Shown here: piece by piece, positions 19,501 to 28,558 of the stretch
How positions within the stretch are numbered: position 1 is the stretch's first letter
Layout of the letters: the number at the start of each line of letters is the position of its first letter
Source of the DNA: Spizellomyces punctatus DAOM BR117
Taxonomy: Eukaryota
DNA: 64,000 bases
Strand: one strand, 5' to 3'
NCBI GenBank assembly: GCA_000182565.2
Contig: KQ257457.1
Notes under the pieces: generated by a model
What the model saw: the letters and a program-made list of their open reading frames with translations, nothing else
The model's database searches: none
Told to the model about the DNA's origin: nothing
Made by a program: the position numbers and the translations under genes

Positions 19501-20570
19501 TTACCACCGTTCTCTAGATCAACAATAACGATGTTCCTTTTGAGGAATGAAACCAACTTTGGAAAATCGCCGTAAGACATCTTCTGACCAACAGGTAACC
19601 CGCATCCTTCATAATAGTTAGTAACAATTTTGTCCAGTGGCTTTCTTTGTTTCATGATGTACGCATATTCATTTGTTGAGTGATCCATTGTATGGAATGC
19701 TACGGATAAGGCAACTGCTCTCATACCACAATCGTTACCATTGTTTTTCACAACAATGACACAACTTTTTGACTGTGCTGATAGATGGTCATGATAGTTT
19801 TTGAAAGTGCCGCCCTTTACCGAAACTAAATGATGCACCTCAATAGTCATGCTTTCATCGATTGATGCTATTTCAGCCGATTGCATTCTCGCAGTAATTT
19901 CGTCTATCACTTCAGAAGCAATCAGATCACTAACTGATACAACTTTTGATGACCAAAATCCATTGTGTAGACTTTGATGTTGAAACCCTATTTGCACTTT
20001 GTCACCGTGTTCAAGGCCTACAAGTGATTCCTTGATGACATCATTGAAAAATGAAACAATATCATCATGAGTAGCAAAGGTGTACTTTGGATTGAACCGA
20101 TAAAGTTCCTTTGTATAACCGATACCTTTGATTTTGATCTCTTTGACAGATATTAAAGGTGAGAATGATTCTTGATGCTTTCGAAGATTATACTTACATT
20201 TAGCCCTAGTGGCAGCAGCCTTCTTAGCGGCTTCCTTTCGCTTTTTAATAGCAGCCTGAGCCCTCTCTTGAATTTCTCTCATCTCGCGCTCTTCCGCTTC
20301 TTTATTAAGCCTTCTCGTCTCTCTGGCCTTTTCAGCAATAGCCTGCTTTTGAGCCTCAGTGCATCTCGCAGCAGCAATTCTTTTTTCTCACTCAGATTGT
20401 AGGAATCTTGGTACTCGATGTATTTGAAGGTTCTCTAGTGCTTCTCGTCATTTCTTAGTCCAGTTCTTACATGAGAAGTTTCCAGAGACGATCTTCCGCA
20501 TCATCTTCTCGAAAGGCTTCGAGTCTTCTTTTACGTTTCTGTTCGCGATTGGGTCAAAAATCAAAGACAT
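16541..20570 (-). pseudogene. Protein-primed family B DNA polymerase with N-terminal TP and vOTU-like domains and an internal Vsr-like insertion
   Basis: Motifs RFIDS, KGYFPH, YCKNDVDIL, AFFGGRT, DFTSQYP, IAAYTTALAR, YYDTDS, GAKNYSY. Disrupted by TGA stops at 20448 and 20388 and a 1-bp frameshift near 18712; spans two N gaps. Confidence 0.93.
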
Positions 20571-20644
20571 AGTAAATAGAAATATATAGTGTTAAAAAAT
20601 AAATATTTTCAAAGCTTTAAATGTATTTGTTCTTTGAATGATGT

Positions 20645-20959
20645 TCATGCGAAGTGAGCAACTTTTACTGGATCATCAGGAATAGCCACTTTTCGATTTA
20701 TTTTAAAGTATCTCATCTTAGGAGGAGGTGGTGGTGGTTTTTGTATACATGGTAACTTTTCTATAGCATACATCTTTGAAATAGGTGATTCTGCTAACCC
20801 ATGTATTATATTATGAATGTATGAGCGTGAGACACCTAACCTGTTAGCAATCTCTATGGCTGCCTGATAGTCATTTACAAATGTTCTAGAACCATCTTCT
20901 TCGATCTTGTATACCCTGTAGCGATCCTTCGTGTTTATCGATCCTGATTTGCATCCCAT
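20645..20959 (-). CDS. Small HTH (NUMOD1-like) DNA-binding protein
   Basis: YQAAIEIANRLGVSRSYIHNII helix-turn-helix pattern. Confidence 0.55.
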   Translation of the reverse strand: MGCKSGSINTKDRYRVYKIEEDGSRTFVNDYQAAIEIANRLGVSRSYIHNIIHGLAESPISKMYAIEKLPCIQKPPPPPPKMRYFKINRKVAIPDDPVKVAHFA

Positions 20960-21216
20960 GTTAAAATATATTGTGTATACAAAATATTATTTCTCTTTGT
21001 TTAAACGTGTGTGTTTATTAGCAAACATTGTACAAAAGCTCTATAACAACACCCCTACATGACGCTAAACAAAGGGATATCTATGTACATTGTGCTACGA
21101 AACACCTTTACAGACTGTTTTTGTTGTTTTGTATTTTTTTTCTGGTTTTGTTGTTTTGTACTTTTTTTGTTGATTTCATGGATTTTTTAGCGTGTGTCAA
21201 TGGTAATTGAAGAGAA

Positions 21217-21858
21217 TCAAGCAGCGGCGCTACTGCTTCCTACATCTGGAGGATTGATAACATCAGCATGGACAATGTCCTGATCGCTCACTTTAGCCTT
21301 GACGCTCTTTCTGGGCTTAGGGGTGCTAGCTGCTATGAGTGTGTTAATCTGCATCTGTTGCCACTCGATACACTCCATGAGCATTTGCTCTAAATTAGAG
21401 GATTCCCGATTACGCTCAGGCTCAGGAAAGCCTGCCGGGATGCCTGCTGGCATGCCTTCCGGCATATGGCTCTGCGCCGGGATATGGGTCTGCACCGGGC
21501 TTGACCGCTCCGTGCCTGGCATACTCTCTTTCTCGACACGTCTGCATTTAGCCTTTTGTGGACTGTAATCGCTGTCATCGGCATCATCGGAATCGTCAGC
21601 ATCAGATGAAGAACCAGAACTCAAGGTTTCACCATCGGACTCTTCGAACTCTTCAAACTTCCTCTTTAACTTGAGAGATGAAGATTTCCGTTGAGTCTCT
21701 TCTCGCTTCTTCCGCTTTAGGAGTCGTCCCAGATGTTTTCTAAGTGATCTTATCAACTTCTTGTCATCCTTATATATCTTCTGATTATCAGCCATATTTT
21801 CTAATAAACACTCGCTTTGCTTGAAGGTGAGATCCTCTAGACCCATCCTGAGGAGCAT
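21217..21858 (-). CDS. Hypothetical viral protein (basic then acidic tracts)
   Basis: 213-aa ORF containing a GC module copy (PAQSHMPEGMPAGIPAG). Confidence 0.6.
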   Translation of the reverse strand: MLLRMGLEDLTFKQSECLLENMADNQKIYKDDKKLIRSLRKHLGRLLKRKKREETQRKSSSLKLKRKFEEFEESDGETLSSGSSSDADDSDDADDSDYSPQKAKCRRVEKESMPGTERSSPVQTHIPAQSHMPEGMPAGIPAGFPEPERNRESSNLEQMLMECIEWQQMQINTLIAASTPKPRKSVKAKVSDQDIVHADVINPPDVGSSSAAA

Positions 21859-21928
21859 GACGCGCTATGGGATGTAGCAAGCCTCCTACAAAGTGCGTCA
21901 CTTGCCCCCATTGACTCTTTGCAATGGA

Positions 21929-22080
21929 CATGTTTCAAATTCGGTTAGGTGTTTCAGAAAATGTAGCTATGTTTTCGGATTTTGGTTAGATGTTTCAGAA
22001 TTATGGCGCATGTTTCAGAACACCTATCTGATGTTTCAGATTCGGTTAAATGTTTCGAATCATACCTGATGTTTCAAACC
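21929..22080 (+). repeat. Array of 8 TGTTTCAGA-like cores at 19-21 bp spacing
   Basis: Cores start at 21931, 21950, 21970, 21991, 22011, 22032, 22051, 22070. Confidence 0.85.
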
Positions 22081-22242
22081 CGTACTCGTGCCCAATGGGA
22101 AAAAAGATACACCGAGTGCCTTTTTATGCCACCGGCTTGTACTCAGGGATGCCCTTCCGTTCAATGGAAAGAATCTTGGCATCCCTGCCGGGATAGGCCG
22201 CTCCGCGCCCGGCATAGTCTTGGCATTTCTTGGCACCATTTT

Positions 22243-22416
22243 TTAAACATAAACAACATGCCTCATGACTCTTCCAGAACCGTAGCATCGCTTACGTGTT
22301 GCTGCGGCTTTTCTAGCAGCGATGATGTGCCTGTTTCTTGCACGAGCAGCCGCTTTAAGCCCTTTATTAGGCATAGCCGATACGTTGATGAGTTTTCTAT
22401 GGGATTTCTTAGCCAT
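22243..22416 (-). CDS. Very basic 57-aa protein, candidate DNA-condensing core protein
   Basis: MAKKSHRKLINVSAMPNKGLKAAARARNRHIIAARKAAATRKRC..., no acidic residues, downstream of MCP. Confidence 0.55.
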   Translation of the reverse strand: MAKKSHRKLINVSAMPNKGLKAAARARNRHIIAARKAAATRKRCYGSGRVMRHVVYV

Positions 22417-23181
22417 AATGTGATTCAATATTAGGTTGAANNNNNNNNNNNNNNNNNNNNNNNNNNNNNNNNNNNNNNNNNNNNNNNNNNNNNNNNNNNN
22501 NNNNNNNNNNNNNNNNNNNNNNNNNNNNNNNNNNNNNNNNNNNNNNNNNNNNNNNNNNNNNNNNNNNNNNNNNNNNNNNNNNNNNNNNNNNNNNNNNNNN
22601 NNNNNNNNNNNNNNNNNNNNNNNNNNNNNNNNNNNNNNNNNNNNNNNNNNNNNNNNNNNNNNNNNNNNNNNNNNNNNNNNNNNNNNNNNNNNNNNNNNNN
22701 NNNNNNNNNNNNNNNNNNNNNNNNNNNNNNNNNNNNNNNNNNNNNNNNNNNNNNNNNNNNNNNNNNNNNNNNNNNNNNNNNNNNNNNNNNNNNNNNNNNN
22801 NNNNNNNNNNNNNNNNNNNNNNNNNNNNNNNNNNNNNNNNNNNNNNNNNNNNNNNNNNNNNNNNNNNNNNNNNNNNNNNNNNNNNNNNNNNNNNNNNNNN
22901 NNNNNNNNNNNNNNNNNNNNNNNNNNNNNNNNNNNNNNNNNNNNNNNNNNNNNNNNNNNNNNNNNNNNNNNNNNNNNNNNNNNNNNNNNNNNNNNNNNNN
23001 NNNNNNNNNNNNNNNNNNNNNNNNNNNNNNNNNNNNNNNNNNNNNNNNNNNNNNNNNNNNNNNNNNNNNNNNNNNNNNNNNNNNNNNNNNNNNNNNNNNN
23101 NNNNNNNNNNNNNNNNNNNNNNNNNNNNNNNNNNNNNNNNNNNNNNNNNNNNNNNNNNNNNNNNNNNNNNNNNNNNNNNNN

Positions 23182-23331
23182 TACGCTGAAATCTAATGCG
23201 CCAATTGCCATTCTCCGAACCGGTTTTTTCGGTCGCGGTAACCCAATCGGTGGAGTTGGTCACGCGATTCGTGCTTCCCGCGTCCGATTTGGGCTTACTC
23301 GCGATCTCTCGAAGACGTCCTCGTCGTTACA
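23182..23331 (-). mobile_element. LTR fragment inserted into element B MCP (remainder in N gap)
   Basis: Near-identical reverse complement of 36941-37090, ending exactly at the TGTAA terminus. Confidence 0.85.
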
Positions 23332-24459
23332 ATGACCAATGTTTTATCTTTTTGTCTCCTAGAGTCCATCCTTTCAAATCAGACATAGTGGGCGCAAACT
23401 TCACATCATTGAAATCCTTGTTATGTTGACTCAATGCATACATCTCAGGGTCAATAGTAGAGACAGATCCTGTTTTCTCAGAGCCATGTCCAATAGCCTT
23501 CCCTTGTGGGAACCGTTCCGTTCCTACTTGGATAGACACTGTTCTAATACCTGCATCGTCTGAATAATTCAGTTTGTCTACATCTGTTAGAACATTGTCA
23601 GTTGTCACCAACATCAATGATGAAACAGAGGACTGTTCGCCTGTTACAAGCGAGAGTTGTTGTACTCGACTATCTTGTCCTGCAAATTCTTGACTCCATA
23701 CTATTTGCATGGGGATAGTCAGGGGTGTAGGATCCTCAGCCTGCATCAAAGCAAGCACTTTATCATAGTAAGCCTTGACCAGTTCAGCAAACTGACATAT
23801 TAATTCATTTTGTTCTACTTTGAAGGACATAATCCCTGTGGATTTTGGGAATATTTTGGAAAGGTCTGTCTCGGCGGTCATCTCCAGGCTTACTCCTCCT
23901 TTCACAAGACAGAGAGGAAAAGCCACTTCATTTTGAAAGAATGATAGCGATGACCCGGTAATGTGTATGCGTTGTTTTGAGCGACCACTGCTGAACAGTC
24001 ATTAGCCGCATCACTCGAATAATACTCGCATTGGCCTAGATGTTGTTTGGTTTCCCATGATGTTAAGGCGTTTTCATGCGCAGTGAACAAATTATAGTCA
24101 TTGAGATCTTCAATGATCCTTCCATTGATCAGGAGAGATTGACGTTTCCATACAGCATCAGTTCCAGATTGACAGAGCCTGTAGTTAGCATCAACTGCTA
24201 CTGCTGGCGAACCATCTGCTTTTAAGCCGACTACACGATATTTGTGCAGCATTTCATTAACGAGCCAGAAGCGCTTGTCGTCTGCTATTTTAAAAACTAG
24301 TTTCCCACCTGGTCGGCAATCTCCACTTCCGTTTGTTGGCTCGAAGCGAACCTGACTAGATGGCTGGAAGTTTAGAATGACTCCATTTTTTGCAGATCTT
24401 TTATAAGTAAATGCCGATGGGACACGTCTGACCTCTGTTACTTCAATATCGGATGACAT
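23332..24459 (-). pseudogene. Major capsid protein of element B, frameshifted (~23915) and LTR-interrupted
   Basis: Two overlapping ORFs (23902-24459, 23327-23926). GTDAVWKRQSLLINGRIIEDLNDYN corresponds to the A MCP segment; adjacent to ATPase and mCP. Confidence 0.72.
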
Positions 24460-24517
24460 GGTTTACTTTACACATCTAGAAAAAAAAAAGTCGTTATGAA
24501 AAACCAACTCTAAATGG

Positions 24518-25165
24518 TCATTTTGAACTTTGTAGATTTATGTGCACAAAATGAAATGGTTTCTTTGTATTATCCATAACGAACTTTTCAAATACATCTT
24601 CAGGTAAAGCGAGAGATAAGCCTGCTTCGACCATTTTCTTGAGTTCGCTTTTCAAAGGTCTAAAAATGATCCAGTTTGTTGCGTTGCTACGTACAGCGGG
24701 ACTATTGTGATAAAAATATTGACTCGACAGGATGCAGGTTATCCCAGTGTGTCTCCCCCGTGTAGCCAACTCATCGAGTGACTTCTTATGTCCTTTCTGC
24801 ATATTGTAGTCATCTATGATAAGAAGTAAATCTCGTTTTCTTCCGCTTCGAACAAATTCATAAAGTTGCTCTTCGTGTATAAAATTGAGTATTTCATTGG
24901 AAATCTTGTCAAATATATGAACCTTTTTGCTCGTTCTTAAGGGGTTCCAATTGGTGTCATGCGGATTTGGTGTGAATATTATGATATTCGAATACTGCTT
25001 CTTCAAGAACAATTTGCATATCACTGCAATGTTTAGCATCTTCCCACAAAATCGAGCGCCATTGTATACAATAAAACCATACTTTCTAGGAAGCCGTGGA
25101 TCTGTATTATCCTTTATGTGTCCAGAGACTTGACTAGATAAAGGGGCAATTGTGATTGGCTTCAT
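24518..25165 (-). CDS. A32/FtsK packaging ATPase, element B (Walker A damaged)
   Basis: GARFCGKM (GKT expected), LLLIIDD, RGRHTGIT, SQ, VRSNA. Confidence 0.88.
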   Translation of the reverse strand: MKPITIAPLSSQVSGHIKDNTDPRLPRKYGFIVYNGARFCGKMLNIAVICKLFLKKQYSNIIIFTPNPHDTNWNPLRTSKKVHIFDKISNEILNFIHEEQLYEFVRSGRKRDLLLIIDDYNMQKGHKKSLDELATRGRHTGITCILSSQYFYHNSPAVRSNATNWIIFRPLKSELKKMVEAGLSLALPEDVFEKFVMDNTKKPFHFVHINLQSSK

Positions 25166-25212
25166 TGCACTTGTTTTTATTTGCTCTCTGTATCTATAAT
25201 ACATTAGAAGAA

Positions 25213-25956
25213 ATGAAAAAGTTGATTCTTGATAGCAACAGGGCGATGAACGGAAACAAGAATGAACCTAAATGGACTCTAGCCGAACCCATCGCATGTG
25301 ATAAAATTCGATACAATTCGATCATTTTGCCCCTTTCGTGGGACATAGTAAATGACAAGAACAATATTGTCTCCTTTTATGATGCTGGGATGGGTAATGC
25401 TGCAAAGACTTTTGCTATTCCTCCTGGGACATATAGCCCTGATGATTTGGTCGATGCACTGACTGCTGGATTTAACTCGACTGGGACACAAGCATACACT
25501 GTAGAATACAATCATATAAACAATCAAATCACAGTGACCGCAGGTACAACACCATTCAAAGTTCTCTACCCTCAAACCACAGCAAGCAAACTGCTCGGAT
25601 TAGTTCAGATGCAGCAATCTGACCCTGGGAGATCAATAACTTTTGCGAATCCAATCGATTTGACAGGTGTTAAGATGGTGCTCGTCTCATCGTCAAACTT
25701 ATGTTCTAACGATGTTGTAGTTGCTGGAGCCGATGATCTAAATATTCTAGCATCGATTCCAATAAGCCAGGAAATAGACACTGTGCTGTGTGCGCAGAAT
25801 TATTTCAATACCAACTTCATTGACACGGAGTCAGGCCTTGTTAGTACCATCAACATCCATTTGCTTGATGCTGAAATGCTATTGCTGATTGATTTACAGG
25901 GCAAAGGGTTCACTTTGGTTCTCGATTGTCATTCCTCCGGCTTTGCAGATGATTAA
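25213..25956 (+). CDS. Minor capsid (penton-like) protein, element B
   Basis: LILDS..., IPPGTYS, ILASIPI, TINIHLLD...IDLQGKGFTLVL; homolog of 7016-7735. Confidence 0.78.
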   Translation: MKKLILDSNRAMNGNKNEPKWTLAEPIACDKIRYNSIILPLSWDIVNDKNNIVSFYDAGMGNAAKTFAIPPGTYSPDDLVDALTAGFNSTGTQAYTVEYNHINNQITVTAGTTPFKVLYPQTTASKLLGLVQMQQSDPGRSITFANPIDLTGVKMVLVSSSNLCSNDVVVAGADDLNILASIPISQEIDTVLCAQNYFNTNFIDTESGLVSTINIHLLDAEMLLLIDLQGKGFTLVLDCHSSGFADD

Positions 25957-25983
25957 TTTTTTTTCATTTGGAACATGTAAAAG

Positions 25984-26301
25984 ATGTTGCGTCAAAAATT
26001 TGCAAACTTTCTCTCAAGTGCAAAGAACTTTGGTCTTTGAGCGTTGAACAGTTACAGCAAAGTAAACAATGGAATTCGACAATTTGTAAACCATGCCGGC
26101 CAAGCCAGAGATATTTATGGAAAGGTTCATCAATCTCTAGTCCATGACGAATCTGTACCCATCAAAGTAAGAGAGACAATTTCATGAGGACGAGGTTATA
26201 TCGATGATCTCCATAAAGGTCTAGGGCGATCCTATGAGATCCAACAGAATTTTGATTCAGTGCTAAGGAAATCGCTTCCTGTCGAATTAGCGGGGTATTA
26301 A
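25984..26301 (+). pseudogene. Homolog of 4660-4959 with two in-frame TGA
   Basis: MLRQKFANFLSSAKNFGL*ALNSYSKV..., stops at 26038 and 26185. Confidence 0.65.
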
Positions 26302-26315
26302 TGCTACTTTTAGTG

Positions 26316-26594
26316 TCAAATGATTTCATTCAAGTCATCAATGTAAAGAGGATTTTCAGGAATAATAACATACTCATTCCAGTTAATACCACTCGCATCA
26401 GCGTCTGGAATGATGGTTTCCTTACTGTATATATTCGTCATGCCTGAGCCCGGCATTGGCACTCCGAGTTCATTCGCAGAGCAAATGAACGAGTCGGAAT
26501 CATCTTTGATGGTTCCTCCACGCCCAGCATGCCTTTCAGCCAACTTCCTCCTCAAACGCTCTTGTATCCGTTCCTTCCTTTGTTGAGATGACAT
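26316..26594 (-). CDS. Small hypothetical viral protein
   Basis: MSSQQRKERIQERLRRKLAER..., 92 aa. Confidence 0.5.
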   Translation of the reverse strand: MSSQQRKERIQERLRRKLAERHAGRGGTIKDDSDSFICSANELGVPMPGSGMTNIYSKETIIPDADASGINWNEYVIIPENPLYIDDLNEII

Positions 26595-26644
26595 GCTTCT
26601 TTTTTTTAATAATACTAATATAGTAAAATACAGAATAGAATGAT

Positions 26645-27664
26645 ATGTCTGTTGCCAAATTGGTAAAACTTTTACAGAAGGGCAACACTGATGTAACTGA
26701 TTACAACTCTGAGCAGGTCGAACATGATGTGTTTTGGAGAGAGAAGAGAAAATGGGTTGATTCAAAGTTACCTACAGGCTATTTCAAGCACCCATTGTTA
26801 AACAAGTATCGTTCATTTGGTAAGGTAGATACACAATTCGTCAGTGACCCATACTATATCGAAATTGATAATAGACGCTTCGGTGAACTAAGGGATGCTA
26901 ATGGCCGGTCTTTGGATCCTGATACCTTTCGGCCAGTTGTTTCAGATGCAGAACTCAAATGGATGGCTTCCGGGCGTTCAGTTGATTACCGTCCCAAATC
27001 TAATCAAGAGACTCGGTATCCGATAATCCATGGTCGCGATGGATACAAAAATGACATAGATTTGAATGCACGCATCAGACAAATGCGCGAAGGTTATGAG
27101 AATTTTATACAAAAGGAGAGGGCTATAGAAAGAGAAAGACGTGAGAACATTGCTAACATACAGCATTTCCGCTCTTCACATGGTATTCACAATCCTGGGG
27201 AGAGTTTGCTAGAAACAACTGGCTTAGGAATGCGGGGCACAGACATTTCTGCCTCAAGAGACTCATTCAATGTACAACGTGGACGACCTACTCCTGCGTT
27301 GTCTGAGAACATCTTTTATGAGGAAGGAGGCACGCCACCTACACAATGGGTTCTACATAGGCAATCTGATTCAGATCTTGAAAGGGGTATAATGACACCA
27401 TTACCTTTATCACCAACCTCAGGCTTACCATCACTAGCACCGATGGATGACTCACCATCTCCGTCTCCATCTAGAACAAGGCAGCCCATGCCTAAACAAC
27501 TATTCAAAAGTATTCTAAAGAGGAACCCTCGAGGCGGTTTCATGCATCCTGTTATACTGGGCAAAAATATGCCCGAGAGATTGCCTGAATTTAGACAAAT
27601 GGTCAAAGCATTTAAAGACAATAATAATCGACCATTGTCAACTTGGACGAATATCAAACTATAG
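26645..27664 (+). CDS. Hypothetical viral protein, Pro/Ser-rich C-terminus
   Basis: 339-aa intronless ORF, possibly a positional counterpart of 3103-4602. Confidence 0.65.
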   Translation: MSVAKLVKLLQKGNTDVTDYNSEQVEHDVFWREKRKWVDSKLPTGYFKHPLLNKYRSFGKVDTQFVSDPYYIEIDNRRFGELRDANGRSLDPDTFRPVVSDAELKWMASGRSVDYRPKSNQETRYPIIHGRDGYKNDIDLNARIRQMREGYENFIQKERAIERERRENIANIQHFRSSHGIHNPGESLLETTGLGMRGTDISASRDSFNVQRGRPTPALSENIFYEEGGTPPTQWVLHRQSDSDLERGIMTPLPLSPTSGLPSLAPMDDSPSPSPSRTRQPMPKQLFKSILKRNPRGGFMHPVILGKNMPERLPEFRQMVKAFKDNNNRPLSTWTNIKL

Positions 27665-27705
27665 TGCTGAAGTATGTTTTTTTATTTTCTATTTACAAAG
27701 CTAAA

Positions 27706-28500
27706 ATGCCTAAAAAAAAGGAATCTATGCCGGCGCAGAGCCAAATGCCGGCAGGCATACCTGACCAGGACATTACAGATGAAGAACAAAGTTTGAATGA
27801 TGATGATGAAACTAATGATGATGATCATCAAGACTATGTTCAAGAACTTGTAAACAAATATGCCGGCGCAGAGCCAAATGCCGGCAGGCATGCCGGGCGC
27901 GGAGTGGCCAATCCCAGCAGGGATGCCGATCCAGGCAGGGATGCCGATCCAGGCAGGGATACCGGAGAGGTCAATACCAGCACTCCCAAAAAACGTACTG
28001 CATCAGAGAAGCAGCAAGCACATTTAGAAAAAAGCCGAGAAAACGCTCTTCAGGTTAGACGAGAACTTGCCGCCAAGAGAAAAGAAGAGAGAGAACTAGA
28101 AAAGAAGAGAAAAGAGGATGAACGGATTCTTGCTAAGGCCGAAGCCCTTAGAGTGGAACAGGAAAAATGTGTCGAGGCTAGGCTCCGCAACTATATGAAG
28201 GACTTACAAAGTCACAAGACTAAAGCAAAGTGAATTAAAATGCCAATACCGAAAAAAAGACGGCAGATTGAAGTTGAGGAATCGTCAGATGATTCTTCAG
28301 ATGATGATGATTATGAGGTTGTTAAAGTCGTCAAGAGAAAGAGAACTCGCCCTGTTCATCCCACTCGCGCAGATGTAGTCCATTTTAAAAATGGACATGA
28401 GTATGTCAGGCACGCAGAACCATATCCCGGTGCAGAGCCATATGCCAGAAGGCATATCATGCGTACCAAACCACCATCGATCTTTGATGAGATTGTATAA
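27706..28500 (+). pseudogene. Charged coiled-coil protein (homolog of 6484-6978) with in-frame TGA at 28231
   Basis: ORFs 27643-28233 and 28240-28500 are in the same frame. Confidence 0.62.
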
Positions 28501-28558
28501 ACCAAATGTCGGCATGCAATTCATTTTCTAAGCTATGATGATATAAAGGAATAAGAAG

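Noticed and set aside
21929-22080. CRISPR-like array
   Set aside because: Cores are ~9 bp and linkers ~11 bp and partly repeated; no cas genes; eukaryotic context
22409-23335. Long ORFs across N runs (also 18653-19507, 33750-34322)
   Set aside because: Artefacts of assembly gaps
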